A model generated the notes under the pieces. That model saw nothing but the letters and a program-made list of their open reading frames with translations. It made no database searches and was not told where the DNA came from. The position numbers and the translations under genes are program-made. 64,000 nucleotides of DNA. Source: Candidatus Spongiisociaceae bacterium (GTDB lineage Bacteria; Actinomycetota; Acidimicrobiia; Spongiisociales; Spongiisociaceae). The stretch lies in the NCBI GenBank assembly GCA_965219685.1, contig CBDCOH010000002.1, positions 416,001 to 480,000 on the forward strand, given 5' to 3'. How positions within the stretch are numbered: the stretch's first letter is position 1; every line of letters starts with the position of its first letter. Shown piece by piece: positions 23,093 to 31,826 of the stretch.

Positions 23093-23297
23093 CTGGTGGT
23101 TGGTGGTCAGGGTTAGTGGGTCGTGTTACGTTCCCCGGTAGCGGTGCTCCGGTTCCCGAGTCACGTCCATGGTGGCTTTCACGTCCGGATGGACTCGGAG
23201 CCCGTGCCAAGCGCCCATGGGTAGCCCTGTTGTTTACCGATAGCAAGAGCATGATTGCCGGTCCGATCCGTCGGAACGACTCGTGTAGGAGGACCCC

Positions 23298-25094
23298 ATC
23301 GACCTTCGTCTGATGTCCGCGGCGCCTTCCCCCGCCGAAAGGGAGGCGGTGGATGGCCTGCTCGGACCTCCCAGTTCGTCGTGGGAGGGCGGCGCGGTCC
23401 GCGCCGGGGATCTCCGCGTTGCCTTCGGCGGCTACCGCCGGTCGGTCGAGAACCGCCACATGCTGCTACCGGCGTTACACGCCGTACAGGACCAGGTCGG
23501 GTGGATAAGCAAGGGCGCCCTCAACTACGTGTGCGAGCGCCTGGGCGTTCCCCCCGCCGAGGCGTACGGAGTGGCGGGCTTCTACGCCCTGCTGGCCCTC
23601 GAGGAGCGTCCTCCCAGGGTGGCCCATGTTTGCGATGACGTAGCCTGCGGCCCGGTCGGTGGCATGGCCATGCTCGACGCACTGGGGGACCGCCCGGACG
23701 TTCATGCGAGCCCCTGCCTGGGACAGTGTGATCGGGCGCCGGCGGTGTTCGTGCAACGGGCCGCAGAGGGGGATACCGTCCTCGTCGGGGCGACACCCGA
23801 CCAGGTCATGGAGGCTTTGGGAGGTGTTGCTCCGCGCCGGCCGGAGCTTGCGGTACCGCAGTCGGGGGATCCTTCCCTTCGCTTGCTCCGCCGGGTCGGT
23901 GTGGTCGACCCGACCTCCCTGGACGAATACCGAGCCACCGGCGGGTACCAAGCTCTGTGCAAGGCCCTGGAGCTTGGCACCGATGGCGTCATTGCCGAGA
24001 TAAGGAAGGCCAACCTGCGGGGCCGGGGGGGTGCCGCCTTCCCGATGGGCATCAAGTGGGACGGGGTGGCCCGCTCCCCCGTGACTCCCCGCTACCTGAT
24101 CTGCAACGCGGACGAGTCCGAGCCGGGAACCTTCAAGGATCGGGTGCTGATGGAAGGTGATCCTTTCGCACTGATCGAGTCGATGACTATTGCTGGCTTG
24201 ACCATCGGTGCAGAGCTCGGCTACCTGTACATCCGTGCCGAATACCCATTGGCCATGGCCCGTCTCGAAGGGGCGGTCGCCGCGGCGCGTGCTGCGGGAC
24301 TGCTGGGTGAGGACGTGGCCGGCTCGGGCCGGTCGTTCGACATCGAGATCCGCCGCGGCGGTGGCGCGTACATCTGCGGCGAGGAAACCGCCCTCATGAA
24401 CTCGATCGAGGGCAAGCGGGGGGAGCCTCGCAACAAGCCGCCCTTCCCCACCCAGGTTGGCCTCTTCGGGCGCCCGACGGTGATCAACAACGTGGAGACG
24501 CTGGTCAACGTGCTCGACATCGTGCTCGAAGGGGGCGATGCCTTCGCACGGATCGGGACCGGGGAGTCGACCGGACCGAAGCTGTTCTGCCTGGCGGGAG
24601 CCGTGGCGCGGCCCGGCGTCTACGAGGTGGACTTCGGAGAGACGCTGGGCCGTCTGATCGATCTGGCCGGAGGGATCACCGGGACCGGAGCGCTCGGGGC
24701 GGTGATGCTGGGAGGGGCGGCCGGGGTCTTCGTGGGGGAGGAGCACTTCGACATGCCGCTTACCTTCGAGGACTCCCGGGCCCGCAACGCCACCCTCGGT
24801 TCCGGCGTCATCCTTGTCTTCGACGACGCCACCGACTTCCGCTCGGTCGCCCGACGGATCGCCCGGTTCTTCCGGGACGAGTCGTGCGGCCAGTGCGTGC
24901 CGTGCCGGGTCGGCACCGTTCGCCAGGAGGAGTTACTGGCCCGGCACCTGGCAGGTGGGCCGTTCGAGGAGCAACTGTTCGATGACGTAGCCCGGGTGAT
25001 GATGGACGCTTCCATATGCGGGCTCGGGCATACCGCGTCCACCGCCATCCGGTCGGCGGTCGACTTGGGCCTGCTCGGGGGGAACTGTGGCTGA
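23298..25094 (+). CDS. NuoE-NuoF-like fused diaphorase subunit of NAD-dependent formate dehydrogenase
   Basis: LPALHAVQD...CDDVAC...CLGQCD (NuoE-like); LRGRGGAAFP, NADESEPGTFKDR, GAYICGEETAL, ESCGQCVPCRVG (NuoF). Start is ATG 23313 or possibly ATC 23298. Confidence 0.9.
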   Translation: MDLRLMSAAPSPAEREAVDGLLGPPSSSWEGGAVRAGDLRVAFGGYRRSVENRHMLLPALHAVQDQVGWISKGALNYVCERLGVPPAEAYGVAGFYALLALEERPPRVAHVCDDVACGPVGGMAMLDALGDRPDVHASPCLGQCDRAPAVFVQRAAEGDTVLVGATPDQVMEALGGVAPRRPELAVPQSGDPSLRLLRRVGVVDPTSLDEYRATGGYQALCKALELGTDGVIAEIRKANLRGRGGAAFPMGIKWDGVARSPVTPRYLICNADESEPGTFKDRVLMEGDPFALIESMTIAGLTIGAELGYLYIRAEYPLAMARLEGAVAAARAAGLLGEDVAGSGRSFDIEIRRGGGAYICGEETALMNSIEGKRGEPRNKPPFPTQVGLFGRPTVINNVETLVNVLDIVLEGGDAFARIGTGESTGPKLFCLAGAVARPGVYEVDFGETLGRLIDLAGGITGTGALGAVMLGGAAGVFVGEEHFDMPLTFEDSRARNATLGSGVILVFDDATDFRSVARRIARFFRDESCGQCVPCRVGTVRQEELLARHLAGGPFEEQLFDDVARVMMDASICGLGHTASTAIRSAVDLGLLGGNCG

Positions 25095-26067
25095 GATCAC
25101 GCTTACCATCGACGGATCGCCGGTCTCGGTGAGCGCTGGATCCACCATCCTCGATGCCTGCCGCGCCATGGGCAGCGACCAGCCCACCCTGTGCTACCTC
25201 GACAACCTCACGCCGGTCAACGTATGCCGCGTGTGCGTGGTGGAGGTGGAGGGGAGCCGTATCCTCGTCCCGTCCTGCAGCCGGGTGGCCGAGCAGGGAA
25301 TGGTCGTGTCCACGAACACCGAGCGGGTGCGCCATTCCCGGAGAATGGTCTACGAGTTCCTCGCCTCCTCGGTAGACCTCGGTCTGGTGGACGATCCGAC
25401 CGTCAGGTGGATGGCCGAATACGGGTGCGATCCGGATCGCTACGGGTCTCCGGCGGAGCCGGTGGAGGATCGCGACCAACGGGTGGCCGGTCATCATCAC
25501 GTCGGCGACGGGACCGAAGCCGAGACCGTTCACCAGCCGGTCAAGGTGGACAACGAACTGTACGTGCGGGACTACTCCCGGTGCATCCTCTGTTACAAGT
25601 GCGTCGAGGCCTGTGGTGAGGACGCCCAGAACACCTTCGCAATAGCGGTGGCGGGCCGCGGCTTCGATGCCCGGATCTCAACCGAGTACGACACCGGGCT
25701 GACCGAGTCGGCCTGCGTATTCTGTGGCAACTGCATCGGTGTCTGCCCCACCGGCGCATTGATGTTCCGAAGCGAATTCGAACTGCGCCGAGCCGGTCTC
25801 TGGAAGGAGGACCGCCAAGCCGTCACCCGCACGGTCTGCTCGTACTGCGGGGTCGGGTGCAACCTGGAGTTGCACGTCCAGGACAACCGGATCGTGAAGG
25901 TGACCTCGCCGATCGACCACTCGGTGACATCCGGGCACCTGTGCATCAAGGGCCGTTTCGGCTACGAGTACGTCCAGGAACTGGGTGACCTCTCCCTCAC
26001 TCCCATCGACGACGTCCTGAGGAGGGCGCGGGTCGCCGACTCGGGAGAGTCGGGACGCGAGAGCTGA
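25087..26067 (+). CDS. Iron-sulfur subunit of formate dehydrogenase (2Fe-2S, 2x4Fe-4S, C-terminal molybdopterin-type 4Fe-4S motif)
   Basis: PTLCY...VCRVCVV...PSC; CILCYKCVEAC; CVFCGNCIGVCP; TVCSYCGVGC...LCIKGRFGY. Confidence 0.9.
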   Translation: MAEITLTIDGSPVSVSAGSTILDACRAMGSDQPTLCYLDNLTPVNVCRVCVVEVEGSRILVPSCSRVAEQGMVVSTNTERVRHSRRMVYEFLASSVDLGLVDDPTVRWMAEYGCDPDRYGSPAEPVEDRDQRVAGHHHVGDGTEAETVHQPVKVDNELYVRDYSRCILCYKCVEACGEDAQNTFAIAVAGRGFDARISTEYDTGLTESACVFCGNCIGVCPTGALMFRSEFELRRAGLWKEDRQAVTRTVCSYCGVGCNLELHVQDNRIVKVTSPIDHSVTSGHLCIKGRFGYEYVQELGDLSLTPIDDVLRRARVADSGESGRES

Positions 26068-26166
26068 TGAGAGTGCTCCGTCCACCAAGCCCCGGCTCAG
26101 GCATCTCTGCCGCTGCCCGCAGCCAGTGCGGGTCTTGATACTCACCCACCCGATTCCATCCCACTG

Positions 26167-27452
26167 ATGCTCCGTTCGGGGCAATCCCCCTCCGGGTCGG
26201 CGGCCGATCAGTCCATCCCGTCTGCAGCCGCCGCGGCGTTGTTCGGAATTGTCATCTGGTCACGCACGGTATGGGCAACAGCCTCGTCCCAGCCCTCCTA
26301 CCGCGGATCTCGGAGTCCTTCCAGGCGGGATACGGAGTTCTCGGGCTGACCGTCGCCACGGGTCTCCTCTCCTACGGGGCGGGGGCGGTGCTCGGGATCA
26401 GGGTCGTAGACCGAGTCCCTTCACGGGGTTTGCTCGTGCTGTGCCTGCTGGTGTGCGGCGCCGGGCTGCTGGCCGTCTCGGTGTCCGGATCACCGGGGAT
26501 GATGGCTCTGTGCGCGGTGGTCATCGGCTTGTCCTCGCCCATCAGTTGGTCGGTTTCCGTCTACCTGATCAGCCGGGTGGTCCGATCAGCCGCACACGGC
26601 AGGGTCCTGGCGGTCGCCGCGGCCGGCGCCGGGGTGGGCAACGGTGTGAACGGTGTCTTCGTTCATCTGCTGACCGCGCCGGAACAGTGGAGGTGGGCCT
26701 TCGTGATCGCGGGAGGCTTGGCGGTCGGCGCCGCTCTCGCGACCCGGCTGGTCCTCAGGCGTCCCATCGAGCCGCCTTCGAGGGGGGTCGATGCCGGCCG
26801 GGAGCGTGGGATCTGGCGCCGGATCTGGTCGGCGCCCGCCGGTCGGCTCGTGCTCGGGATGAGCATGGTGGCCGGCATCGGGACGTTCACGTTCGGCGGC
26901 TACATCTCCGAGATTGCACTCGACGAGCTGTCGGTGAGTTCGGTGGCGGCTGCCGTCCCGTGGTGGCTGGCCTCGACTGTAGGAGTGTCGGCAGCCTTTC
27001 TGGCCGGTCTGAAGAGCGACCGGGGCTCGCCGGTCGGCGTCATGTCGGTCACGTCCCTTACCTACGCGTCCGCACTGACGGTACTGGCGCTCACGTGGTC
27101 CTACCCGGCTCTCCTGATAGCGACCTTCGGGTTCGCCGTGTTCAACTTCCCGATCTGGGGGCTGTTCGGGCTGGTCGCCCACCGGGGTCTCCCACCGGAC
27201 CTGGCGGTCCGGTCAGTGTCGGGAGGTCTCGCCCTAGGCGCCTGTTCGGCGATGTGCGGTGTAACCGCGGCCGGATGGTGGATCGACCGGACCGGTAGCT
27301 TTCGCGGGCCTGCGATCCTCCTAGCAGTGATGATCGCGACTGTCGCGCTTGGGCTGGGTTCCAAGTACCGAACCGAATCGACGTCCCACCCGCGAGGTCC
27401 TGCGAGAAACGGCGACAAACCTGTTCACATTATCGATGGCGATACCCGTTAA
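26167..27452 (+). pseudogene. MFS transporter (YbfB/YjiJ-like), apparent 1-bp frameshift near 26256
   Basis: Hydrophobic MFS-like ORF 26271-27452. The start of its first TM helix (AAAAALFGIVI) is in the frame of ORF 26167 and continues (LVTHGMGNSLVP) in the other frame. Confidence 0.55.
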
Positions 27453-27481
27453 CAGCTATTGACTATCGACTAAGTACTAGT

Positions 27482-27943
27482 TTAATCGCGCTGCTTCTCG
27501 AGGGTTACAACCAGTCTCCGCACGGTTTCCCGCAGGGTATCGTGCTCTTTGGAGTCCAGATGTCTTGTGATCCTCTCGTCTGCCTCGATGGCCGCGTTCA
27601 GGAGCTTCTCCCTGAGAACGCGTGCCTCATCCGTTAGGCTCAGCCGCACGACTCGACGGTCCTTGTCGCTGCGCTGCCTTTGCAGCAGCCCCTTGGAGTG
27701 CAGTTTGTCCACGTGGCGGCTTATGACGGAGGCGTCGTAGTGGGTGAGTTTTGCGATGGCCCTGGCAGTGTTTGCTTCTCCCCGGGCGCACGTATCGAGG
27801 ATGATGAACTGCGCCTCGCTGATCCCGAACGGTTGGAGCGACTGCTTCAGACTTCTGAGAATCGCCGCTTCCAGGAGGATGATCCAATACGAGACCACCC
27901 TCGGGCGACGCATCACTCCCTGTTCCGGTTTCTGTTCCGGCAT
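27482..27943 (-). CDS. MarR family transcriptional regulator
   Basis: GISEAQFIILD...IAKLTHYDASVISRHVDKLHSKGLLQRQRSDKDRRVVRLSLT. Confidence 0.9.
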   Translation of the reverse strand: MPEQKPEQGVMRRPRVVSYWIILLEAAILRSLKQSLQPFGISEAQFIILDTCARGEANTARAIAKLTHYDASVISRHVDKLHSKGLLQRQRSDKDRRVVRLSLTDEARVLREKLLNAAIEADERITRHLDSKEHDTLRETVRRLVVTLEKQRD

Positions 27944-27987
27944 CTCCGCTCAACGTTCTTCGGGCGGCAATCTTGGGTCAGAGATAC

Positions 27988-27999
27988 ATGCAAATGCAT
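27988..27999. promoter_or_regulatory. Candidate MarR autoregulatory palindrome
   Basis: ATGCA-AA-TGCAT in an AT-rich stretch 45 bp upstream of marR. Confidence 0.4.
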
Positions 28000-28213
28000 T
28001 TTCTATCTTAGACTTAGAATAGTTGGTCGGAGGGTCCCGATCAACCACTGGTGGGGTGCGGCGCTTACCGTACCGCCAATCCTGTTGACGCGCAGATATC
28101 TGTTATCTGCTGAAAGGACGCTGGGTACGAGGGAACGTGTGCCCATCTGTGGAGGACCTCCAGGCCGCTTACCTGCGCCGTCGGTCCGTAGTGCGCCGGA
28201 TGACCAACCGACC

Positions 28214-29317
28214 CTACTCGTACACCGCCACTGGATCCGCGAGAAACTCCGGGTCGGGCTCGGCGCCTAGGCCGGGTGTCGCGGGAGCGCTGGTCGTGCC
28301 GCCGTGGTTGCGGGCTCCTCCGATGATCGGGTCCACGGTGATCATCTCGTGGCAGAACCAGGTTCCCCGCCGGTACCGAGCCGGCGTGGATTGGGCGAGG
28401 TGGACCGCGCCCGTGTCGGCCAGGGCGGTGCCGCCGGTGTCCTCGATGTTCAGTATCAGACCTGTTTGAACGCAGAAGTCGCGTATCCGCCTGGCCTTGG
28501 TCAAGCCGCCCACCCGGTTCGGCTTAAGGCCGATCCCCTCGCAGGCGCGATCCCGGTGCGCCCGCAACAGGTCGCCGTAGGTGTGGGTGATCTCGTCGAG
28601 GATGATGGGTTGGCGGGTGGCGCGCCGGACCTGTAGGGACTCCTCGTAGGTATCGCAGGGCTCCTCGAAGTAGGCGTCGACCGCCTCCGTCGCACGCATC
28701 ACCCGGATCGCCCGGTCGGGTGTCCAGGCACGGTTGGCATCGATGGTCAGGAAACATCCTGGCGGCATCCGGTCCGCCAGGTACTCGATACGCTCGATGT
28801 CCGACGCGACGTCCGATCCGACCTTGGCCGAATGGATCGTGTAGCCCATGGCGTGGTACCGCTCGATGGTTCGCAACATCTCCGGAGGGTCGTCGCTGGG
28901 GACGGAGGACTGGATGGTCACCCCGCCGGGTCTTCGGCCCCCGAGCAGATCGCAGACAGGCAGTCCGGTGGCCTTCCCGAGGATGTCCCAGCAGGCAATG
29001 TCGACCGCCGACTTCACGTAGGGATGTCCCGGCAGAGCGATGTCCATCGCTGAGCTGACCACCTCGGTGCGGCGCGGATCCTGCCCGAGCAGGACAGGCG
29101 CCAGTTCCTCGATGCCGGCGCGTATCCCCCTGGCAAAGGCGGGCAGGTATGTCGATCCCCACGGGCATCCTTCACCCCATCCGGTGACTCCCTCGTCCGT
29201 GTCGAGCCGGACGAGAGTCGAGTCGAGTTCTTCGAAACGGAGCCGGCCGCTCTGCAGTTCGTAGGGCCGTTGCAGGGGTAGCGTCTGCTCGAAGACAGAG
29301 ATCCGGACGATCCTCAC
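28214..29317 (-). CDS. Mandelate racemase/muconate lactonizing enzyme family (hydroxyproline-betaine epimerase or cis-3-hydroxyproline dehydratase-like)
   Basis: True start is the GTG at 29317 overlapping the upstream stop. GWGEGCPWGSTYLPA, SAKVG, IDANRAW, FEEPC, ILDE, GLKPNRVGG. Confidence 0.85.
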   Translation of the reverse strand: MRIVRISVFEQTLPLQRPYELQSGRLRFEELDSTLVRLDTDEGVTGWGEGCPWGSTYLPAFARGIRAGIEELAPVLLGQDPRRTEVVSSAMDIALPGHPYVKSAVDIACWDILGKATGLPVCDLLGGRRPGGVTIQSSVPSDDPPEMLRTIERYHAMGYTIHSAKVGSDVASDIERIEYLADRMPPGCFLTIDANRAWTPDRAIRVMRATEAVDAYFEEPCDTYEESLQVRRATRQPIILDEITHTYGDLLRAHRDRACEGIGLKPNRVGGLTKARRIRDFCVQTGLILNIEDTGGTALADTGAVHLAQSTPARYRRGTWFCHEMITVDPIIGGARNHGGTTSAPATPGLGAEPDPEFLADPVAVYE

Positions 29318-30492
29318 GGTATTCCCCGGCTTGCCGGGGTTCCGTCCTGTCCGTCTCCTGCCGCATCCATCCGTGGCCCGTTCGCCGAGCCGGCTTGATC
29401 CGGGGGCTTGACCTCGATCACGATGGCGCCCACGTGTTGCTTGCGGAGGAAGGTGGCTTGCGCCGATCGGAGCCGGTCCAGCGGGTACGTGCGGGCTACC
29501 ACGGGACGGACCTCGCCTCGCTCGATGTAGCCGACCAGGTTGGCGAAGACCCTGGGTGGCAGCACTGTGCAACCGTGCATCGTGATGTCCCTGAGGTAGA
29601 GGGTGCGGAGGTCCAGGTCGACCATCGGGCCACCGATCGCGCCCGCCACCGTGTAATGGCCGCCCCGACGGATGGTGTCGAACAGGGCCGGGAACTGAGG
29701 ACCTCCCACCACGTCGGCGAGGATGTCGATCCCACCCCGGCTGCGCTCGAGTATCTCGCTCGCCAGAGATGGGGATCCTCTGTCGAGCACATGATCCGCG
29801 CCCGTCAACGCCAAGACATCCGCTGCCTTGGAGGGCGATGAGACCCCGATGGTCGTCGCCCCACGCCGGCGGGCCAACTGGATCAGGGCGCTTCCCACCC
29901 CGCCCGAGGCACCGGTGACCAGCACACAATCCCCTTCCTTCGCTCCGGCTCGTTCCAGCATGTGCTCGGCGGTTGAGTACGAGCACGGGAATCCGGCCAA
30001 CTCGACATCGGTCAAGCTGCTACGTACCGGGTGGGCGTTGGCAGCGGGCACGGTCACGTAAGCGGCGTAGCCCCCGTCGCGCTCTGAACCGAGATATCCC
30101 GCTCCGGCCAGGTCGCCGTGCGGATCGCGCATCCACGCATCGATCATCACTCGCTCACCGAGCCGCCCACGATCCACCGATGCTCCCACCTCCACAATCC
30201 GCCCGACCGGATCCGCGCCCTGGATGCGCGGGAACGCGACGGCTCCGGTCCACGAGCCGTCCGTGTCCGTGGTTGCCGTCTCCTGCCCGGTGGTGTTCAC
30301 CGACTTCGAATACCACCCGGTCCTGGTGTTGATGTCCGTGTTGTTCATCCCGCACGCACCCACCTCCACCAGCACTTCGTCCGGCTCCGGGTTCGGGATC
30401 GGAGCGTCGGTGACGTACTCCAGTTGGTCCAGACCCCCATGGCCTCTCAGAACGACCGCCCTCATCCGACCGGCGTGTCGTCTGAAGGTCAT
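29314..30492 (-). CDS. MDR-superfamily alcohol dehydrogenase/quinone reductase
   Basis: ACGMNNTDINTRTGWY, PRIQGAD, VLVTGASGGVG. Confidence 0.85.
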   Translation of the reverse strand: MTFRRHAGRMRAVVLRGHGGLDQLEYVTDAPIPNPEPDEVLVEVGACGMNNTDINTRTGWYSKSVNTTGQETATTDTDGSWTGAVAFPRIQGADPVGRIVEVGASVDRGRLGERVMIDAWMRDPHGDLAGAGYLGSERDGGYAAYVTVPAANAHPVRSSLTDVELAGFPCSYSTAEHMLERAGAKEGDCVLVTGASGGVGSALIQLARRRGATTIGVSSPSKAADVLALTGADHVLDRGSPSLASEILERSRGGIDILADVVGGPQFPALFDTIRRGGHYTVAGAIGGPMVDLDLRTLYLRDITMHGCTVLPPRVFANLVGYIERGEVRPVVARTYPLDRLRSAQATFLRKQHVGAIVIEVKPPDQAGSANGPRMDAAGDGQDGTPASRGIP

Positions 30493-31826
30493 CCGCCCTC
30501 CCCCTCACCCGGCCCGGACGCCCTGCCCCGGTTTCCGCTCAGCCGGCGGTAGGCGCGGTCGAGAGCCCGGGCGGTGGTCTCGAAGTGATCGTCCGAATGG
30601 GCCAGGCTCACGAAGCGCCTCAGCCCGGGGATGACGTTGATCCGGTTGGCGATCAACGCCCTGTCGAGTTCGAGGTTGGCGGGCTGGTCGGATTCCAGGA
30701 GATCGGCGTAGCGCTCCGGAGGTCGATCGATGTGGAGGATCTGCCACAGGGAACCGGCCGTCGCCACGAGGGCATTGCGACCATTGGCGGCTAGTACGCG
30801 AGCCAGCCGGCTGGCCAGACGCTGCGTCCGGTCGGCCAGATCTTCGTAGAAGCCCGGTCGGCGGAGTTGTTCCAGGGTGGCCAGCCCGGCGGCCGCGGCC
30901 AGTGGGTTGCCGTGGAAGGTCCCCGAGGTGTACACGAAACGAGGGGTTCCCTTCAAACGGGGGCTGGTCCGGTCGATCAGATCGGCCCGGCCGGCAACGC
31001 ATGACAGCGAGCCTCCTCCCCCGATGATCTTGCCGAAGGCGGCGAGATCCGGAGTAACGCCGAAGTAGCCCTGGGCGCCCTGGAAGGACATCCGGAAGCC
31101 GGTCACCACCTCGTCGAATATCAGCAGCAATCCGTGCCGGTCACAGAAGCTGCGGAGACCTTCGAGGAATCCGGGTAGCGGCCGGATGATCCGTTGCACA
31201 GGCTCGGCGATGATCCCTGCTACCCGGTCCACCACCGGTGTCACCAGCCGTTCCAGGGCCTCCAGGTCGTTGTAGGGGACGACCAGCACGGTGTCCCGCA
31301 CGGCTCCGGGGGTGCCGGCGGTGAAGGGGCGGCCGGCCGGATAGTCGGCTGTGGTCGGGGCGGCGACCGCGATCCCCGCGTAGTCATGGTTGCCGTGGAA
31401 GCCCCCCTCGAACTTCACGATCAGGTCGCGGCCGGTGACCGCTCGTGCCAGACGCAGCGAGTACGCGGTGGCCTCCGAACCCGTGGTGGCGAAGACTATG
31501 CGCTCTGCGCACGGGATTGCGTCGACCAGTTGAGATGCCAGTTCGATGGCCACGTCGGTGAGGGTCCCGTACTGGTGCATGGTGCGTCCTGCCTGCCTGA
31601 CGACGGCCTCCACCACCGCCGGATGCTGGTGCCCCAGGATGAGTGCCCCCGCACCGGTGACGTAGTCCAGGTAGCGGTTGCCGTCGGTGTCGGTTATGTA
31701 GGCGCCCGAAGCGGAGGCTACGGTGAAACGGGGGCCTGCCACATTGGCGTTGGCGCCCAGTGCTCCGCCGGGAAGGAACGACTCCGCTCGAGCGGGGTCG
31801 GTCGCAGATGGGAGCCGCGCGCTCAT
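30489..31826 (-). CDS. Class III PLP aminotransferase (glutamate-1-semialdehyde aminomutase-like)
   Basis: FEGGFHG, LIFDEVVTGFR, AFGKIIGGG, SGTFHGNP; ATG at 31826 overlaps the upstream stop. Confidence 0.88.
   Translation of the reverse strand: MSARLPSATDPARAESFLPGGALGANANVAGPRFTVASASGAYITDTDGNRYLDYVTGAGALILGHQHPAVVEAVVRQAGRTMHQYGTLTDVAIELASQLVDAIPCAERIVFATTGSEATAYSLRLARAVTGRDLIVKFEGGFHGNHDYAGIAVAAPTTADYPAGRPFTAGTPGAVRDTVLVVPYNDLEALERLVTPVVDRVAGIIAEPVQRIIRPLPGFLEGLRSFCDRHGLLLIFDEVVTGFRMSFQGAQGYFGVTPDLAAFGKIIGGGGSLSCVAGRADLIDRTSPRLKGTPRFVYTSGTFHGNPLAAAAGLATLEQLRRPGFYEDLADRTQRLASRLARVLAANGRNALVATAGSLWQILHIDRPPERYADLLESDQPANLELDRALIANRINVIPGLRRFVSLAHSDDHFETTARALDRAYRRLSGNRGRASGPGEGEGG

Noticed and set aside
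29318-29986. Long N-terminal extension of the enolase-family ORF (likewise for ORFs starting at 32102, 42518, 43497, 47714 and 61923)
   Set aside because: These overlap real upstream genes in another frame; coupled or RBS-supported downstream starts exist.
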